Source of the DNA: a virus
Virus record (IMG/VR): IMGVR_UViG_3300047091_000002
Span: 55,488 to 119,487 of that record
DNA length: 64,000 nucleotides
Strand: one strand, 5' to 3'
A program made the translations under genes and the position numbers. The notes under the pieces are model-generated. The model worked only from the letters and a program-made list of their open reading frames with translations. It searched no databases and was not told where the DNA came from. Within the stretch, counting starts at the first letter, position 1. Every line of letters starts with the position of its first letter. This document shows positions 10,189 to 20,373 of this stretch, piece after piece.

Positions 10189-10827
10189 TTAGGCTAATAG
10201 TCTTACGTGCTGCAAGATAACATCTCGATCTCCAGCAGCGGCATTATTGTATCCAAACAATCCCCATTTACCCGCTACAGCATTAATAGGTTCTACAAAA
10301 TCGGAAACCGACATATCTCCATCATTAATTGCTAATGGAGTATAATACCAATCCTGTTGTGCAGTAACAGAGTTATCATCCGAAACAAGATTAATATTCC
10401 AATCTTGAACTACTAGAAGCGATACGTAGCCCCCTAGCGTTCCACCATACCACATCGTTTGATAGGCTCTACTGGGAGAAGCGGCACCCGTAGTAAGTGG
10501 GGCAGGCATACCAGTTGCTTTAGCGATAATCGGCAATTCATAACGCATAAAGTTTGCTTCAACTTGTCCCGATTGTGCTGTAATAAATCTTGCCCTCTCA
10601 ACAGGGATCGAGCCTGTCGAAACAGACGTAGTAGTTCGATTCAAAGTGACCTTTACCTGACCTTTTTCCGTAGGTCCAAGATAAGACCATCCGGCAGGAA
10701 AAGCCTCATTTTCAATAGGTGTTACTGTAGAAGGAAGTGCAAGATTTGCAGCACCTATCAACATAAATCTACCGGGCAATGGAAAACTGTAAGCATGAAC
10801 TGTACCAGAGGTACCTAACTTCGCCAT
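10189..10827 (-). CDS. Major tail (tube) protein
   Basis: 212 aa; GWSYLGPTEKGQVKVT motif typical of siphophage tail tubes; synteny. Confidence 0.8.
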   Translation of the reverse strand: MAKLGTSGTVHAYSFPLPGRFMLIGAANLALPSTVTPIENEAFPAGWSYLGPTEKGQVKVTLNRTTTSVSTGSIPVERARFITAQSGQVEANFMRYELPIIAKATGMPAPLTTGAASPSRAYQTMWYGGTLGGYVSLLVVQDWNINLVSDDNSVTAQQDWYYTPLAINDGDMSVSDFVEPINAVAGKWGLFGYNNAAAGDRDVILQHVRLLA

Positions 10828-10851
10828 TTTTATCTCCTATCAATCAAGTTA

Positions 10852-11088
10852 TTAACTCGCGGACACATTTGCCCGAAGTCGTTCATACTCTCTGCACCCG
10901 GTAATAAATTTTCTGGATGCGGTATCAGGGAGACCCGATTCTAGAGAGAATGCTAAAAATTGGTTCTGCTCGGCGGTTAAAGTGTCTGTAGGTCTAGAAA
11001 AAGCCTTAGACATTATCCATATCTCCCAAACACGCCGAGCATTGTCAACTGTAGTGCCCATAAGGGCTGCGAGTCTCGCGTAATCCAT
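10852..11088 (-). CDS. Hypothetical protein
   Basis: 78-aa ORF with GGAG RBS within the neck/tail operon. Confidence 0.55.
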   Translation of the reverse strand: MDYARLAALMGTTVDNARRVWEIWIMSKAFSRPTDTLTAEQNQFLAFSLESGLPDTASRKFITGCREYERLRANVSAS

Positions 11089-11105
11089 TATATTTCTCCT
11101 AATTT

Positions 11106-11669
11106 CTAAAATGAAAAATCGTGATAATTAATATTTAAGCTAATCGAATTTCTAATATCACCACTCTCAAACGCAGCGGAATCATCTCCAAATTCATAGC
11201 CGCCGGTATCAAACCAATCCCCAGAAAATTTTGTATTAAGCGGCAAAGATCCAGTATAATCCCATATTTCAACTACTCCATCGGATAAAGTTTCTAAAAC
11301 TTTCTGCATTACGTTTCTTACCTCTGTACTGATAAGAACGGGATCGATATTTCCATCTATTTCTCGAAATGTAGTTATTTTTACCGGAAGTAAATATCGT
11401 TTATTTTTAGGAAATCTATGAACAGATGCATCCTGTTCTGGAAAGAATTCTATATTAACTCCCTTGTAAAGAGGATCTTGCCCTTGTTCTAGTACTGTTA
11501 TTCCATATTGCAAGGTCGAACCATCTGTCATCGAAATAACTGGAAATTGCACATACCCATATGAATTATACGTAAGTACGGAATCCATTTGTCTAGTTCC
11601 AAGGGAAAGATAAAGAGCTAATTTTCGATAAAAACTTTGTCTTATCGCATCTCGATAATTAGTTGGCAT
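11106..11669 (-). CDS. Tail terminator/completion protein (putative)
   Basis: 187 aa, acidic C-terminal beta strand, position just upstream of tail tube. Confidence 0.55.
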   Translation of the reverse strand: MPTNYRDAIRQSFYRKLALYLSLGTRQMDSVLTYNSYGYVQFPVISMTDGSTLQYGITVLEQGQDPLYKGVNIEFFPEQDASVHRFPKNKRYLLPVKITTFREIDGNIDPVLISTEVRNVMQKVLETLSDGVVEIWDYTGSLPLNTKFSGDWFDTGGYEFGDDSAAFESGDIRNSISLNINYHDFSF

Positions 11670-11935
11670 TTTCCTTTTCAGTTAACGCAGCAGAAGCCAA
11701 TAGTGAAAACATTTTTAAGGCTTCTTGAATATCAACACATTCAAATTCTTCCGTTTTTGGTTCATTATTTCCAGATTGAGTAGTAAGTGTATACTTCATA
11801 TAAATTAAATAGCATTTAAATTTACAGCTTCCCGCATGCAATCATCGCAAAGATATATGTATTCCTGTGACTTTTTAAAATAAAATAATTTACGGAATCT
11901 AGTCCGTAGTATTTACTGTATTTTTTATCCACATA

Positions 11936-12391
11936 TTATGGTTTCTTATATGCGCGAGCTAGTATAATATACTGAGCCTGAACTCTCCCAAGAATCGGTT
12001 TTACGAAACCTCTTTCTATTATATAAACTGCGGATCCGTATTGAATTCCGCCTTTTTGTTGTCCTGTGATACTTGAAAGAAATTCTTCGCACCTATCAGA
12101 TAGAGTATTCGTAGGAAGACGATCTACAAAACTATCTGCTAATATTTTGAAAATTCTTTGATCTTGTTCTATACCGCCGCCAAAATAGGCTGAAATATCT
12201 TCTCCCGGCTGATCTTGTATAATTGGAGGAGGATCAATTGTAAAAGTTTCTGTAGTTACACCGGGTGGTTTAAATTTATCAATAACGGTATTTGTATATC
12301 TTAAAAAAGAGACAGGGCGATCACTTCCACCTAACTTTTTAAATAACTTTCGATACTTCCCCAATACTCGTTGTTCGGTTTGTCTCGGCAA
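11936..12391 (-). CDS. Head closure (stopper) protein (putative)
   Basis: 151 aa beta-rich, follows the adaptor gene. Confidence 0.5.
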   Translation of the reverse strand: MPRQTEQRVLGKYRKLFKKLGGSDRPVSFLRYTNTVIDKFKPPGVTTETFTIDPPPIIQDQPGEDISAYFGGGIEQDQRIFKILADSFVDRLPTNTLSDRCEEFLSSITGQQKGGIQYGSAVYIIERGFVKPILGRVQAQYIILARAYKKP

Positions 12392-12393
12392 AT

Positions 12394-13257
12394 TTAATTC
12401 CTATAATCATTTAGCAGCGATTGGGCATCCTCTGGTATGGGATCAATACCCATTCTTGATAAACGATCTGTAATTACATCGAGAGTAGACGTTAATCTTA
12501 ATGTATTAGGTTCATAGGTTAGACGATCTTCGATAGTCATTGCAATAGCGTGCTTAATTTCTTCTGGTACTACTCGATAAACTCCAATACCAATCGCCTG
12601 ATTTCCTGTCAGTACAGGAGAAATAGTCAATACATTTCCCGTTACATCAATAACTAAATACTCCGGTACTGTTCCAGCAGTGGTATCTCCAATTGTAATA
12701 GAAGTTTCACCCTCTATCACACCTGTAGAATCTACTACAGTAATTTGATTTGCTCCACTAGATGCACCTATAGCTAATTTAGTATCTACTAAGAACCCTG
12801 CTTTAACTTCTATAGTTGCATACCAGCCATAGGCTCCGCGAATACGAGAAAGTTCTCCCCCATAATAAAGTCTTCCATAATCAATATCAAGAGAAGAAAA
12901 AAGTTCTATTCTGCCCGATGATAAGTCAAGAAAATCTTCCAGATCAGCGGGAATTGATACATCAATCCATCTACCTAATTTTTCTCGTTGTCCATATGGA
13001 GTTCGCCTGAAAGGAGTAATTCTAAGTCCCGTGGTATAAGCTCTAGGAAATATATTCAAAATCGGTCGAATCGGAATTCTTCCTACTAACGAAGCATTAA
13101 ATTCAAAGGATTTTTTATAATATTTTATTGAAAGACTTCTCTTACAATAAGCATCAATAAGCCTAGATGCAGTCTTAATAATAGATAGCTCTTGTCCCAA
13201 TGGAATATCAGTACGTGTCACATAATCTGTAAGTTCAACAGTCTTAAGATAGTTCAT
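12394..13257 (-). CDS. Head-tail adaptor protein with beta-rich insertion
   Basis: N-terminal IIKTASRLIDAYCKR and C-terminal VPEEIKHAIAMTI...DAQSLLNDYR are typical adaptor helices. Confidence 0.7.
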   Translation of the reverse strand: MNYLKTVELTDYVTRTDIPLGQELSIIKTASRLIDAYCKRSLSIKYYKKSFEFNASLVGRIPIRPILNIFPRAYTTGLRITPFRRTPYGQREKLGRWIDVSIPADLEDFLDLSSGRIELFSSLDIDYGRLYYGGELSRIRGAYGWYATIEVKAGFLVDTKLAIGASSGANQITVVDSTGVIEGETSITIGDTTAGTVPEYLVIDVTGNVLTISPVLTGNQAIGIGVYRVVPEEIKHAIAMTIEDRLTYEPNTLRLTSTLDVITDRLSRMGIDPIPEDAQSLLNDYRN

Positions 13258-13742
13258 TAATCTTTTAGAGTAGACGCAGCTTGTTTAGCTGTAATTCCCT
13301 TACGACCAACATTTGCAGGATGTGTTATTTCTTTAGCTTGTTTAATACGATTTTCTTGCCATTCTCGATATTCACGAGGATTCTTAAGATAGTCAGGTTG
13401 TTTCACTCCTGATTTTTTAATTTTTTCTGCATTTCTACGTGCAATTACCTCGTTATCTCGTTTTTTACGTATCTCATCGAGTCTATCACTCGCCTCTCTA
13501 GCTCGTCCTGCTACGAGATCGGAGTTAGATTTTCCATAATCGGTTGCATGAAATCCCGATCCAGATACAGCATTTGCTCCCCCTAGACAAAAATTAGAAT
13601 TGGCTGGTTGAAGATGAAATATTTTATTTCTATTACACATCTCGCAAAAATGCAAGCACCTCTTCTTAGTGCTGGCTCCAATTTTCTCCAATGTTTCAAA
13701 TACAGAATCGCATTCAGGACAAATATATTGTCTAAGTGGCAT
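13257..13742 (-). CDS. FmdB-family zinc-ribbon protein
   Basis: MPLRQYICPECDSVFE...CEMC and GSGFHATDYG motifs of the CxxC_CxxC_SSSS/FmdB family. Confidence 0.75.
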   Translation of the reverse strand: MPLRQYICPECDSVFETLEKIGASTKKRCLHFCEMCNRNKIFHLQPANSNFCLGGANAVSGSGFHATDYGKSNSDLVAGRAREASDRLDEIRKKRDNEVIARRNAEKIKKSGVKQPDYLKNPREYREWQENRIKQAKEITHPANVGRKGITAKQAASTLKD

Positions 13743-13768
13743 TTATTTTATTCTCGCTTTTAAATAAA

Positions 13769-14074
13769 TTATTCTATCTTTAAATTTTCGTAAACAACAT
13801 TAATAAGAATCTGCACCCAATTATCTTTAATATCTACAGCATCTTTAGTAGCCATTGCTTTGATATTATCGAAAGCCTGCTGTTCCCACACTTTAAGATC
13901 CGCAGTACCATGAATTTCTCGAAGTTTCTTTAGTTCATCTATAGCAGTATCTTTATATTTCTCGAAAAATTGTTTAAATCCTTCACGAGTAAATATCTCA
14001 AGAACTACTTTCTCGATACCCTGTGCTATCTTGGTTCCCTTTATCTTCGACCAAAGCTTCCTTAATCCGAACAT
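13769..14074 (-). CDS. Hypothetical protein, amphipathic N-terminus
   Basis: 101-aa ORF overlapping the holin-like gene by 77 nt. Confidence 0.5.
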   Translation of the reverse strand: MFGLRKLWSKIKGTKIAQGIEKVVLEIFTREGFKQFFEKYKDTAIDELKKLREIHGTADLKVWEQQAFDNIKAMATKDAVDIKDNWVQILINVVYENLKIE

Positions 14075-14324
14075 CTGCTATCTCCTTTTGCAGGGAGACT
14101 TTATCCAGCCTCTCTCGCAATTCTTGTATTTCGTTTATAAATTGTTTATTTTGTCCTAGAGAATGTATCGCCTTAGCACAGGCATCTGCCCAGCGATTAT
14201 CGAATTCCCAAGGAGTAAGTCTCGCAATAACTGAAAATAAACCTATTACTACACCTGCACCTATTAATAGACTATCCCAATTATGTACCACCCAATTAGC
14301 AGTTCCTAATAAATCTATAGACAT
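13998..14324 (-). CDS. Holin-like membrane protein
   Basis: One TM segment followed by SVIARLTPWEFDN, resembling phage holin-like IxxLTPxxxDN motif. Confidence 0.45.
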   Translation of the reverse strand: MSIDLLGTANWVVHNWDSLLIGAGVVIGLFSVIARLTPWEFDNRWADACAKAIHSLGQNKQFINEIQELRERLDKVSLQKEIADVRIKEALVEDKGNQDSTGYRESSS

Positions 14325-14334
14325 AAACTCAATT

Positions 14335-14367
14335 GGCGGGATGAGCCGCGAGAAAACCCATCCCGCC
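14335..14367 (-). terminator. GC-rich hairpin after major capsid gene (terminator/attenuator)
   Basis: GGCGGGATG (14335-14343) / CATCCCGCC (14359-14367); U-tract weak. Confidence 0.45.
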
Positions 14368-14403
14368 GCCTTTAGCTCGAAGTTACCTCCGAACTAAATT
14401 TAA

Positions 14404-15459
14404 TTACAGAGACTTTGTAGCACCGTAGAGGGTGCGACTAAAGCGGGTATCAACTCCTTTAGTTTTTCCATCTCCCGGATTAGGATCCAAGGGAGAAATA
14501 AAACTATGTTCAATCCAAATTACTGAACTGAATCGTCCGTAATCCGTGATCTCCCAAGGTCTAACTTCTACCGGCATTCCTATTAACTGAACCAGCGGCC
14601 CAGCACCCTGTCCTCGTAGGAAATCTTCTCGTTCTCGATTAATTAGACCTTCCGCAGAACCTAACGGGAAAAGACCGAACAAAGAAGTACCAAACATAAA
14701 TGCCTGAGAAGCATTAAACGTGGGAGAAGTTCCACCAGTTTTCTTAGGAATATTATTGGATTCAATGAAACGAACACCTCCGTAGACTCCAAGTTCCCCA
14801 GTGAAAATCGGGGCGCTGGACGCAATACCACGAGTAGTAGCATCAAGGAATTTTTGTTCTTGTAAAAGCGTACTCTTAATAAGAGGATCAATTATTGCAA
14901 TGAAGTTTCCATCGGGGAATTGCGGAATATGGGCATCCGACATCGAACCAGCAACCTTGAGGAAAAAATCCGTGGTATAGTAATCAGTTCCAGCAAGGGT
15001 AGCAAGTGATGTCCCACCAACATAATTGCGATACGTATTTTGCTCAAAGCGATAACGGGCCAACGAATCTCGCCAATTATGGTAATCCTCTGCGAGAACA
15101 GAACCATTAATTTCTGCAATATCATGAATAGAGTGTTTTACATCATATTCTTTAAGTTGATAAGCATTTTTCAAGAGATATTCTTCAAGAGTAATCTCTT
15201 GTTTATTCATCGAAAAATTCTGTACCGCATTATCGGATACTTTCGATGCTAGGGTCGCAAGCTTACGATCCGTAGTAGGATCACTTACAGGATCGGCAAA
15301 TACTGGACCTTCTACCCTGATAGTATCTCCGGGTTGGGCAGTAAAGTCGAACTGCTCCATAACAAATTGGTGAAAAATGTACTTAGGTACAGGTTCCATG
15401 TGAAGTCGCTGTTCCATCAAAGGAATCAGTTCATCTGGATAAGTCGGGGTCGTCGCCAT
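14404..15459 (-). CDS. Major capsid protein (N4-gp56/P22-coat-like HK97 fold)
   Basis: 351 aa; QPGDTIRV motif, GELGVYGGVRFIES motif; follows scaffold. Confidence 0.85.
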   Translation of the reverse strand: MATTPTYPDELIPLMEQRLHMEPVPKYIFHQFVMEQFDFTAQPGDTIRVEGPVFADPVSDPTTDRKLATLASKVSDNAVQNFSMNKQEITLEEYLLKNAYQLKEYDVKHSIHDIAEINGSVLAEDYHNWRDSLARYRFEQNTYRNYVGGTSLATLAGTDYYTTDFFLKVAGSMSDAHIPQFPDGNFIAIIDPLIKSTLLQEQKFLDATTRGIASSAPIFTGELGVYGGVRFIESNNIPKKTGGTSPTFNASQAFMFGTSLFGLFPLGSAEGLINREREDFLRGQGAGPLVQLIGMPVEVRPWEITDYGRFSSVIWIEHSFISPLDPNPGDGKTKGVDTRFSRTLYGATKSL

Positions 15460-15529
15460 CTTTTATCTCCTTTAGAATCGTATCTTAGCGCAGTCCCTTT
15501 GATGGAAGCAGCGCAAATAAAATAGTAGT

Positions 15530-16399
15530 TTACGCTACAGCGCGGCTTTGTGCCGCAATAACCTTATCAATCGTAGGTCTATTTAAATTATAAAATTTAC
15601 GAGCCTCTACTTTAGCTTCTGCATGTTTCCGATGTTTATCTACCGGATTCAATCCACTAAACGGGGCTAGAAATTCGGCAGCAGTTTTTTCCTGGTCCTG
15701 CCAATCTGCATAGATTGCCATTTCAGAATCGCTAATACCTTCCATCTCTCTATCCACTCGCATGGGTTTACGGCTACCATCCTTGCGAGAAATTTCTGCA
15801 TCTATCTCGGATTTATTCTGATTATAAATGCGTCTACGTTCCATTTTCTCTTCGGGATCATCTGTTTTCGCTAAAGCAAAATATCGTTTACTATACGAAG
15901 AAAGTTTAGAGGCACTTGCCGAATCCTGTCCAGAAACCTCTTCAATATCAGGCGGCTGTGATCGAATTTGCAAATGTTCAGAGATAAGTTTATTCTGTTC
16001 CTGAACATCATCTGACGTTTGCTTTGCATTAGATGCAAGTTCGGTAAAAGCTGCAAGCTGGCTATCTGCTTGAGCAAGGGCAGTAGATAGCCTCTCAGTC
16101 TCAATCTCTAAACTCTGAACATGCGTATCAAGAGATGCATTTTCCCCAATCACTTTCTCAAGATCTTTGGCAAGAGCTTCATTTTCGTTGGCTAATTCGG
16201 AATTAATTTTAGCTAAAGCGGCTGCACGAGTATCTTCTGATGCAGTAGCTTCCTTCAAACTGTCATTCTCTTCGGTCAGAGCTTGAACGATGTTAGCGTT
16301 CTCAGTAGCTACATCCTCAAGTTCTTTAACTCTTGCTTCAAGTTCTTTAACCCGCGCAAGCGCTTGTCCCATTTCTACGGGAGCTTCAATCTTAGGCAT
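15530..16399 (-). CDS. Capsid scaffolding protein (putative)
   Basis: Acidic coiled-coil protein between protease and capsid genes. Confidence 0.65.
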   Translation of the reverse strand: MPKIEAPVEMGQALARVKELEARVKELEDVATENANIVQALTEENDSLKEATASEDTRAAALAKINSELANENEALAKDLEKVIGENASLDTHVQSLEIETERLSTALAQADSQLAAFTELASNAKQTSDDVQEQNKLISEHLQIRSQPPDIEEVSGQDSASASKLSSYSKRYFALAKTDDPEEKMERRRIYNQNKSEIDAEISRKDGSRKPMRVDREMEGISDSEMAIYADWQDQEKTAAEFLAPFSGLNPVDKHRKHAEAKVEARKFYNLNRPTIDKVIAAQSRAVA

Positions 16400-16410
16400 T
16401 TTTCTTTCTC

Positions 16411-17424
16411 CTATGAAGTAATAGTTTGCGAACCTACTGGCATGGCTAACTTAGTGTTATCCCAAGTAAGATGCTCCGTAGTAAACGCTTGTGAATTTGC
16501 ATGTCTGTGAAGAAGCGCAGTTGCTTTTTCGATAGCTTGCGCCTCCGTTTTGTTGGGCATCAATTGTATGCCTGCCCTGGTAACTGCTCCGTCTGATACA
16601 AGTCCAAATGTCAGAGCGTCGTCAACACCTGTCATAACACAACTAATTAGATTACCTTCTTCTGTTCTTCCTCCTGTGAAACCATGTTCATCACACTCTG
16701 TAAAACAGAAAGAATGCGTAAGAGGAGTCATACATTCGGAACAGAGATCGGTTCCCGGAGTAGTAGAGAAACATACCGATTCATCCTTAATTAGACCTGA
16801 TTTAATTTTTGATATGGTATCATCTCCTGCTATAAAAGGAAACGCTACTGTTCCCCATAAGGCAGTATATACTCCATCATAGGCATTTCCGCCGGGAAGT
16901 ATAGACATCATTTTATCAGTAGGTCTATTAGGATGAAGATTTGAACTAGGATCATACCCTAACCCTAAATCAATAATTCTACATCTAGCATCTTGAACTC
17001 TAAAGGAATGATTAAAATCGTTTGCTCGACCTAAATATTTAGTATAAAGATCGGATAATCCTTTAAAACTCATTACTGCGGAGCGATCTCTAATCAAATC
17101 ATTGTCAAACAGAAGTATTTGAGCTACAAAACCGTTTTCATCAAGAATTCCTCCGCCGGTAACTTCTTTATATCGTGCAATCTCTTCTTTAGTGGGCGGT
17201 CCAGCATTGCGAGTCATTCCCAAGGTTTCATAACTAGGTGCCTCAGCCCTACCTACGGGGATATTAACATCGGCTATACCTAATTCAGAAAGAGTAGAAA
17301 ACAACATCCTGTGGGCTTCTGTGGATGTTATCATTTTTCCAGAAGATGTAGTGATATTATACCACTTAAGAAGTCGTTTACGAACAGATTTACGTTCTTG
17401 CTCAGTCAATTTTATTAGTGCCAT
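16411..17424 (-). CDS. Prohead (capsid maturation) protease, putative
   Basis: DNDLIRDRS...DFNHS...IKSGLIKDESVCF...CSEC pattern of phage maturation proteases; between portal and scaffold. Confidence 0.65.
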   Translation of the reverse strand: MALIKLTEQERKSVRKRLLKWYNITTSSGKMITSTEAHRMLFSTLSELGIADVNIPVGRAEAPSYETLGMTRNAGPPTKEEIARYKEVTGGGILDENGFVAQILLFDNDLIRDRSAVMSFKGLSDLYTKYLGRANDFNHSFRVQDARCRIIDLGLGYDPSSNLHPNRPTDKMMSILPGGNAYDGVYTALWGTVAFPFIAGDDTISKIKSGLIKDESVCFSTTPGTDLCSECMTPLTHSFCFTECDEHGFTGGRTEEGNLISCVMTGVDDALTFGLVSDGAVTRAGIQLMPNKTEAQAIEKATALLHRHANSQAFTTEHLTWDNTKLAMPVGSQTITS

Positions 17425-18994
17425 AAATACCCAACTCTTCTCTTACTATTTGACGAAGTTGATTTTCACGTTCTGCATCATCTATCAATAACTCTTTTAA
17501 TAATAAACGTTGTACTGAATTAACTTGAGTTTGATTTTCTTCATCATTATTATCAGCACCAACTCCCTTACCTTGATCGTTATTATTTGATATATCTGGA
17601 GATGACGCGAGTGGAAAAATACCGTTTTCTCTTTCTCGCATCATAGCCCTTACTAACGCTTTAGAATCTTGATAACCTAATTGTTGGTGGGCTGTTTCAA
17701 GGGGAATCATCCCAATTGTCCACTCAAGACTAACTCTTTTAGTCTTTTGACTACGAGATTCACCTATATCGGGCCAAGTAATCTTCCAATCAATTCTCTT
17801 TACGCCGTACTTCTCAGGATTATTTTTATCGTAGCCGTGAAGGGCAAATTCAAGATCAATTGCTGGTCCGAGATGTTCTGTAAAATCTTGCCTAAGAGAA
17901 TTAATCTTACGGGCATATTTTTGGTCTAGAGAATTGGATAAATGTCTTCCAGCTATATCCTTTGGATTCCCCGTTATGTGTCCGGGTATCCCCAAAGCCT
18001 CAACAAAACGATTTTCTAAATCTCTATGAGTCTCTAATAAAGCTCGTATAGAATCGGCATCACTAGTATTAGGAAATTCAATTTCAACTTCTCCGGTTCT
18101 TACTACATAAAAGCGGTTAATATCTGCTGGATTATCTCTAAGTTCTTGCTTATAATCCTTTATCTCTTTTTCAGAAGGTCCATCTAAACGACCTTGTTTG
18201 CCTAATTTATGTAATTCCGGCGGAACTGCCCTAGTATGAATAGCTACTATAAGATCTAACTCAATAAGTTTAAATTGTTCCCAACGACCTTTCAGCGGTT
18301 CATAAATAGAATCTCCAAAGGGTTTATAATCTTTTCCTCTATACTTGAAATGAACTATTTGTTGCGGAATTGTCCAATGAACGGGGTATCTATCACGGGC
18401 TATCAAACATTGATCGTATCCTATCAAGTGACCTAAATCATCGTGTACGGGGCGCATTTGCCAAGTCGGCAGCATCATAATACAATCTACCTGACCTAGA
18501 CCTGTTTCAGTATTTAGATCGATATGCTGTTCCACAAAACAATTTCCAGCTTCAACCATTTCGTGGATAATATGTTTGGTTCTATATCCAACTCCGGTTC
18601 GATTAGCAAAACTTTCACCGATAACTTGCATATCTTCGCAAAGCTTTTCAGCTACTTCTTCCGAAGCTTCAGAGTCATCTAGCGGCTCTACTTTAACGGA
18701 GATGCCCCAGGCGCACCGCTCTCCATTTTCATCAAGAGCCGCATCCTCTGCCATTTGCCAAAGTGCCTGATCCGCAGGGGGCATGTTGGCTTTTACATCC
18801 ATTATATAGGAGAAAAGAGAAAAATCTCTTGTAGGGCGTTCTATGCGAACATTCCCCTGCTGCCCTAATAATTGAAGACGTTCTTTTTGGAGAGGAGGTT
18901 TACCAGATCTAAGGGGCGGTTTCTCGCTAACACGCCCCATCATACGATCTATTATTTCTCGAAGAAGTTTGAGTACCGAACGTGGTCTCGCCAA
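17402..18994 (-). CDS. Portal protein
   Basis: 530 aa; QIVHFKY...PFGDSIYEPLKGRWEQFK motif; synteny. Confidence 0.85.
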   Translation of the reverse strand: MARPRSVLKLLREIIDRMMGRVSEKPPLRSGKPPLQKERLQLLGQQGNVRIERPTRDFSLFSYIMDVKANMPPADQALWQMAEDAALDENGERCAWGISVKVEPLDDSEASEEVAEKLCEDMQVIGESFANRTGVGYRTKHIIHEMVEAGNCFVEQHIDLNTETGLGQVDCIMMLPTWQMRPVHDDLGHLIGYDQCLIARDRYPVHWTIPQQIVHFKYRGKDYKPFGDSIYEPLKGRWEQFKLIELDLIVAIHTRAVPPELHKLGKQGRLDGPSEKEIKDYKQELRDNPADINRFYVVRTGEVEIEFPNTSDADSIRALLETHRDLENRFVEALGIPGHITGNPKDIAGRHLSNSLDQKYARKINSLRQDFTEHLGPAIDLEFALHGYDKNNPEKYGVKRIDWKITWPDIGESRSQKTKRVSLEWTIGMIPLETAHQQLGYQDSKALVRAMMRERENGIFPLASSPDISNNNDQGKGVGADNNDEENQTQVNSVQRLLLKELLIDDAERENQLRQIVREELGIYGTNKID

Positions 18995-19024
18995 GATTTT
19001 CCTAAATAGGTAAGTTATTATAAA

Positions 19025-19381
19025 TTACACTTCAAAAGCTATTTGAATGTTTCCAGCCAAATTAGAAGCCCCACTTATGGAGGCTCGACTAGGGTAGTTG
19101 CCAGTTTTGATTTCTCCTACTTCTCTTGCTAATTCCGCTGAGAACATTGCAAAGGCTTCAGATGTTTCATCATCAAGACCGGGAACAAAATTAACCTGAA
19201 ACGTTTGCGCTCTTTCGTTAGAAAAGACCATTACAAATCGTATCGCGTCTTTTCCAACTGCTACAGTAAGTGTGGTATAGTCTTCATCGTGCGGATTACG
19301 AAGAGTTTGGTTTATTTGAACAGCAATAGATTCAATATTATAATCGAATCCAAGATCAGTAGTCAGATTAAAAATCGCCAA
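19025..19381 (-). CDS. Hypothetical (probable virion) protein
   Basis: 118-aa ORF with RBS upstream of portal. Confidence 0.5.
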   Translation of the reverse strand: MAIFNLTTDLGFDYNIESIAVQINQTLRNPHDEDYTTLTVAVGKDAIRFVMVFSNERAQTFQVNFVPGLDDETSEAFAMFSAELAREVGEIKTGNYPSRASISGASNLAGNIQIAFEV

Positions 19382-19411
19382 CTATTGTCCCCCTTAGATA
19401 CTAAAAATATA

Positions 19412-20179
19412 TTACCAACTTGGAATATATCGAGTTATCCCATTATCATCCACGGGAATCCATTTTGTGGGATTTCCAGTGACCGGACCTGCTGTAAGAG
19501 TCGGTACATTGCTAGTGCTTCCAGCAGGAAAAGCATTATTAAATGCTCGCATCAAAAAATTAGGATTAAAACTATAATAATCTCTAACCATTATATCACG
19601 AAATGCACTTGCCGCATCATTTAAAATTTTTACTACCTGATCACCGCCATCAGATTTAATACAAAGTCCCGCAGCACCAAGTACAAAGGTCGATGCCCGT
19701 ATTACGCCCCAATTAGCTAAAGTACCGGAGCTATTAAAGGTATAAACTGAGAGAGTACCCTGCCCAAAATTGTCGTCTGTAAATACTATAGCGGGATTAT
19801 TCGTTTGTGATCCGTTAAATATAAACGCTCCAGAGTTTCGAGCAATTCCTAATGTTATCGCTACGCCGTTATCAGTAACCAGTGACGAGCCGCCCGAAGC
19901 GTTAATAGTTGTATCCGTAATACTTAAATTAGTTCCAAGGCTTAGATACTTATGGGCAGTTCCACTATGATCCCAAAATAGAAGTCTATCACTTCCAGGT
20001 GAAGTCAGGGCTGCAATATCTGAAAGATTTGAATTAAGTGGTTGTCGTGAACTAATAAGATTCCCAACTTCAACATAATTCGTTACCGGAGTATCTCCAG
20101 ACATATCAGCAATCGCTAGACGATCTAATAGTCCCGGAACTCCGAGTTCTAATAACTCCCAAATAGTTTTATTAGCCAT
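19412..20179 (-). CDS. Fibre/decoration-like virion protein
   Basis: NSNLSDIAALTSPGSDRLLFWDHSG...LSLGTNLSITDTTINASGG, a fibre-type motif; Gly/Thr/Ser-rich. Confidence 0.55.
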   Translation of the reverse strand: MANKTIWELLELGVPGLLDRLAIADMSGDTPVTNYVEVGNLISSRQPLNSNLSDIAALTSPGSDRLLFWDHSGTAHKYLSLGTNLSITDTTINASGGSSLVTDNGVAITLGIARNSGAFIFNGSQTNNPAIVFTDDNFGQGTLSVYTFNSSGTLANWGVIRASTFVLGAAGLCIKSDGGDQVVKILNDAASAFRDIMVRDYYSFNPNFLMRAFNNAFPAGSTSNVPTLTAGPVTGNPTKWIPVDDNGITRYIPSW

Positions 20180-20214
20180 TTATCCTTTGAAATCTCGCTA
20201 ATAAAATTGTTAGA

Positions 20215-20373
20215 TTATTCAATTACTATGAAGATTCCATCTTCAGTAACAAGATTTATATCGGGAGAAACAAGTAGTCTGAATTGTTCTTCGTGCATGT
20301 AGCCACTTCCAGATGTACCGGATTTTCCTAATTGAGATCCATAGCAAGTAACTAAATACCCAAGTGATTTCAT
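20215..20373 (-). CDS. Small virion-associated protein (52 aa)
   Basis: Below ORF-track cutoff; MKSLGYLV...LVTEDGIFIVIE, abuts the upstream gene's stop. Confidence 0.5.
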   Translation of the reverse strand: MKSLGYLVTCYGSQLGKSGTSGSGYMHEEQFRLLVSPDINLVTEDGIFIVIE

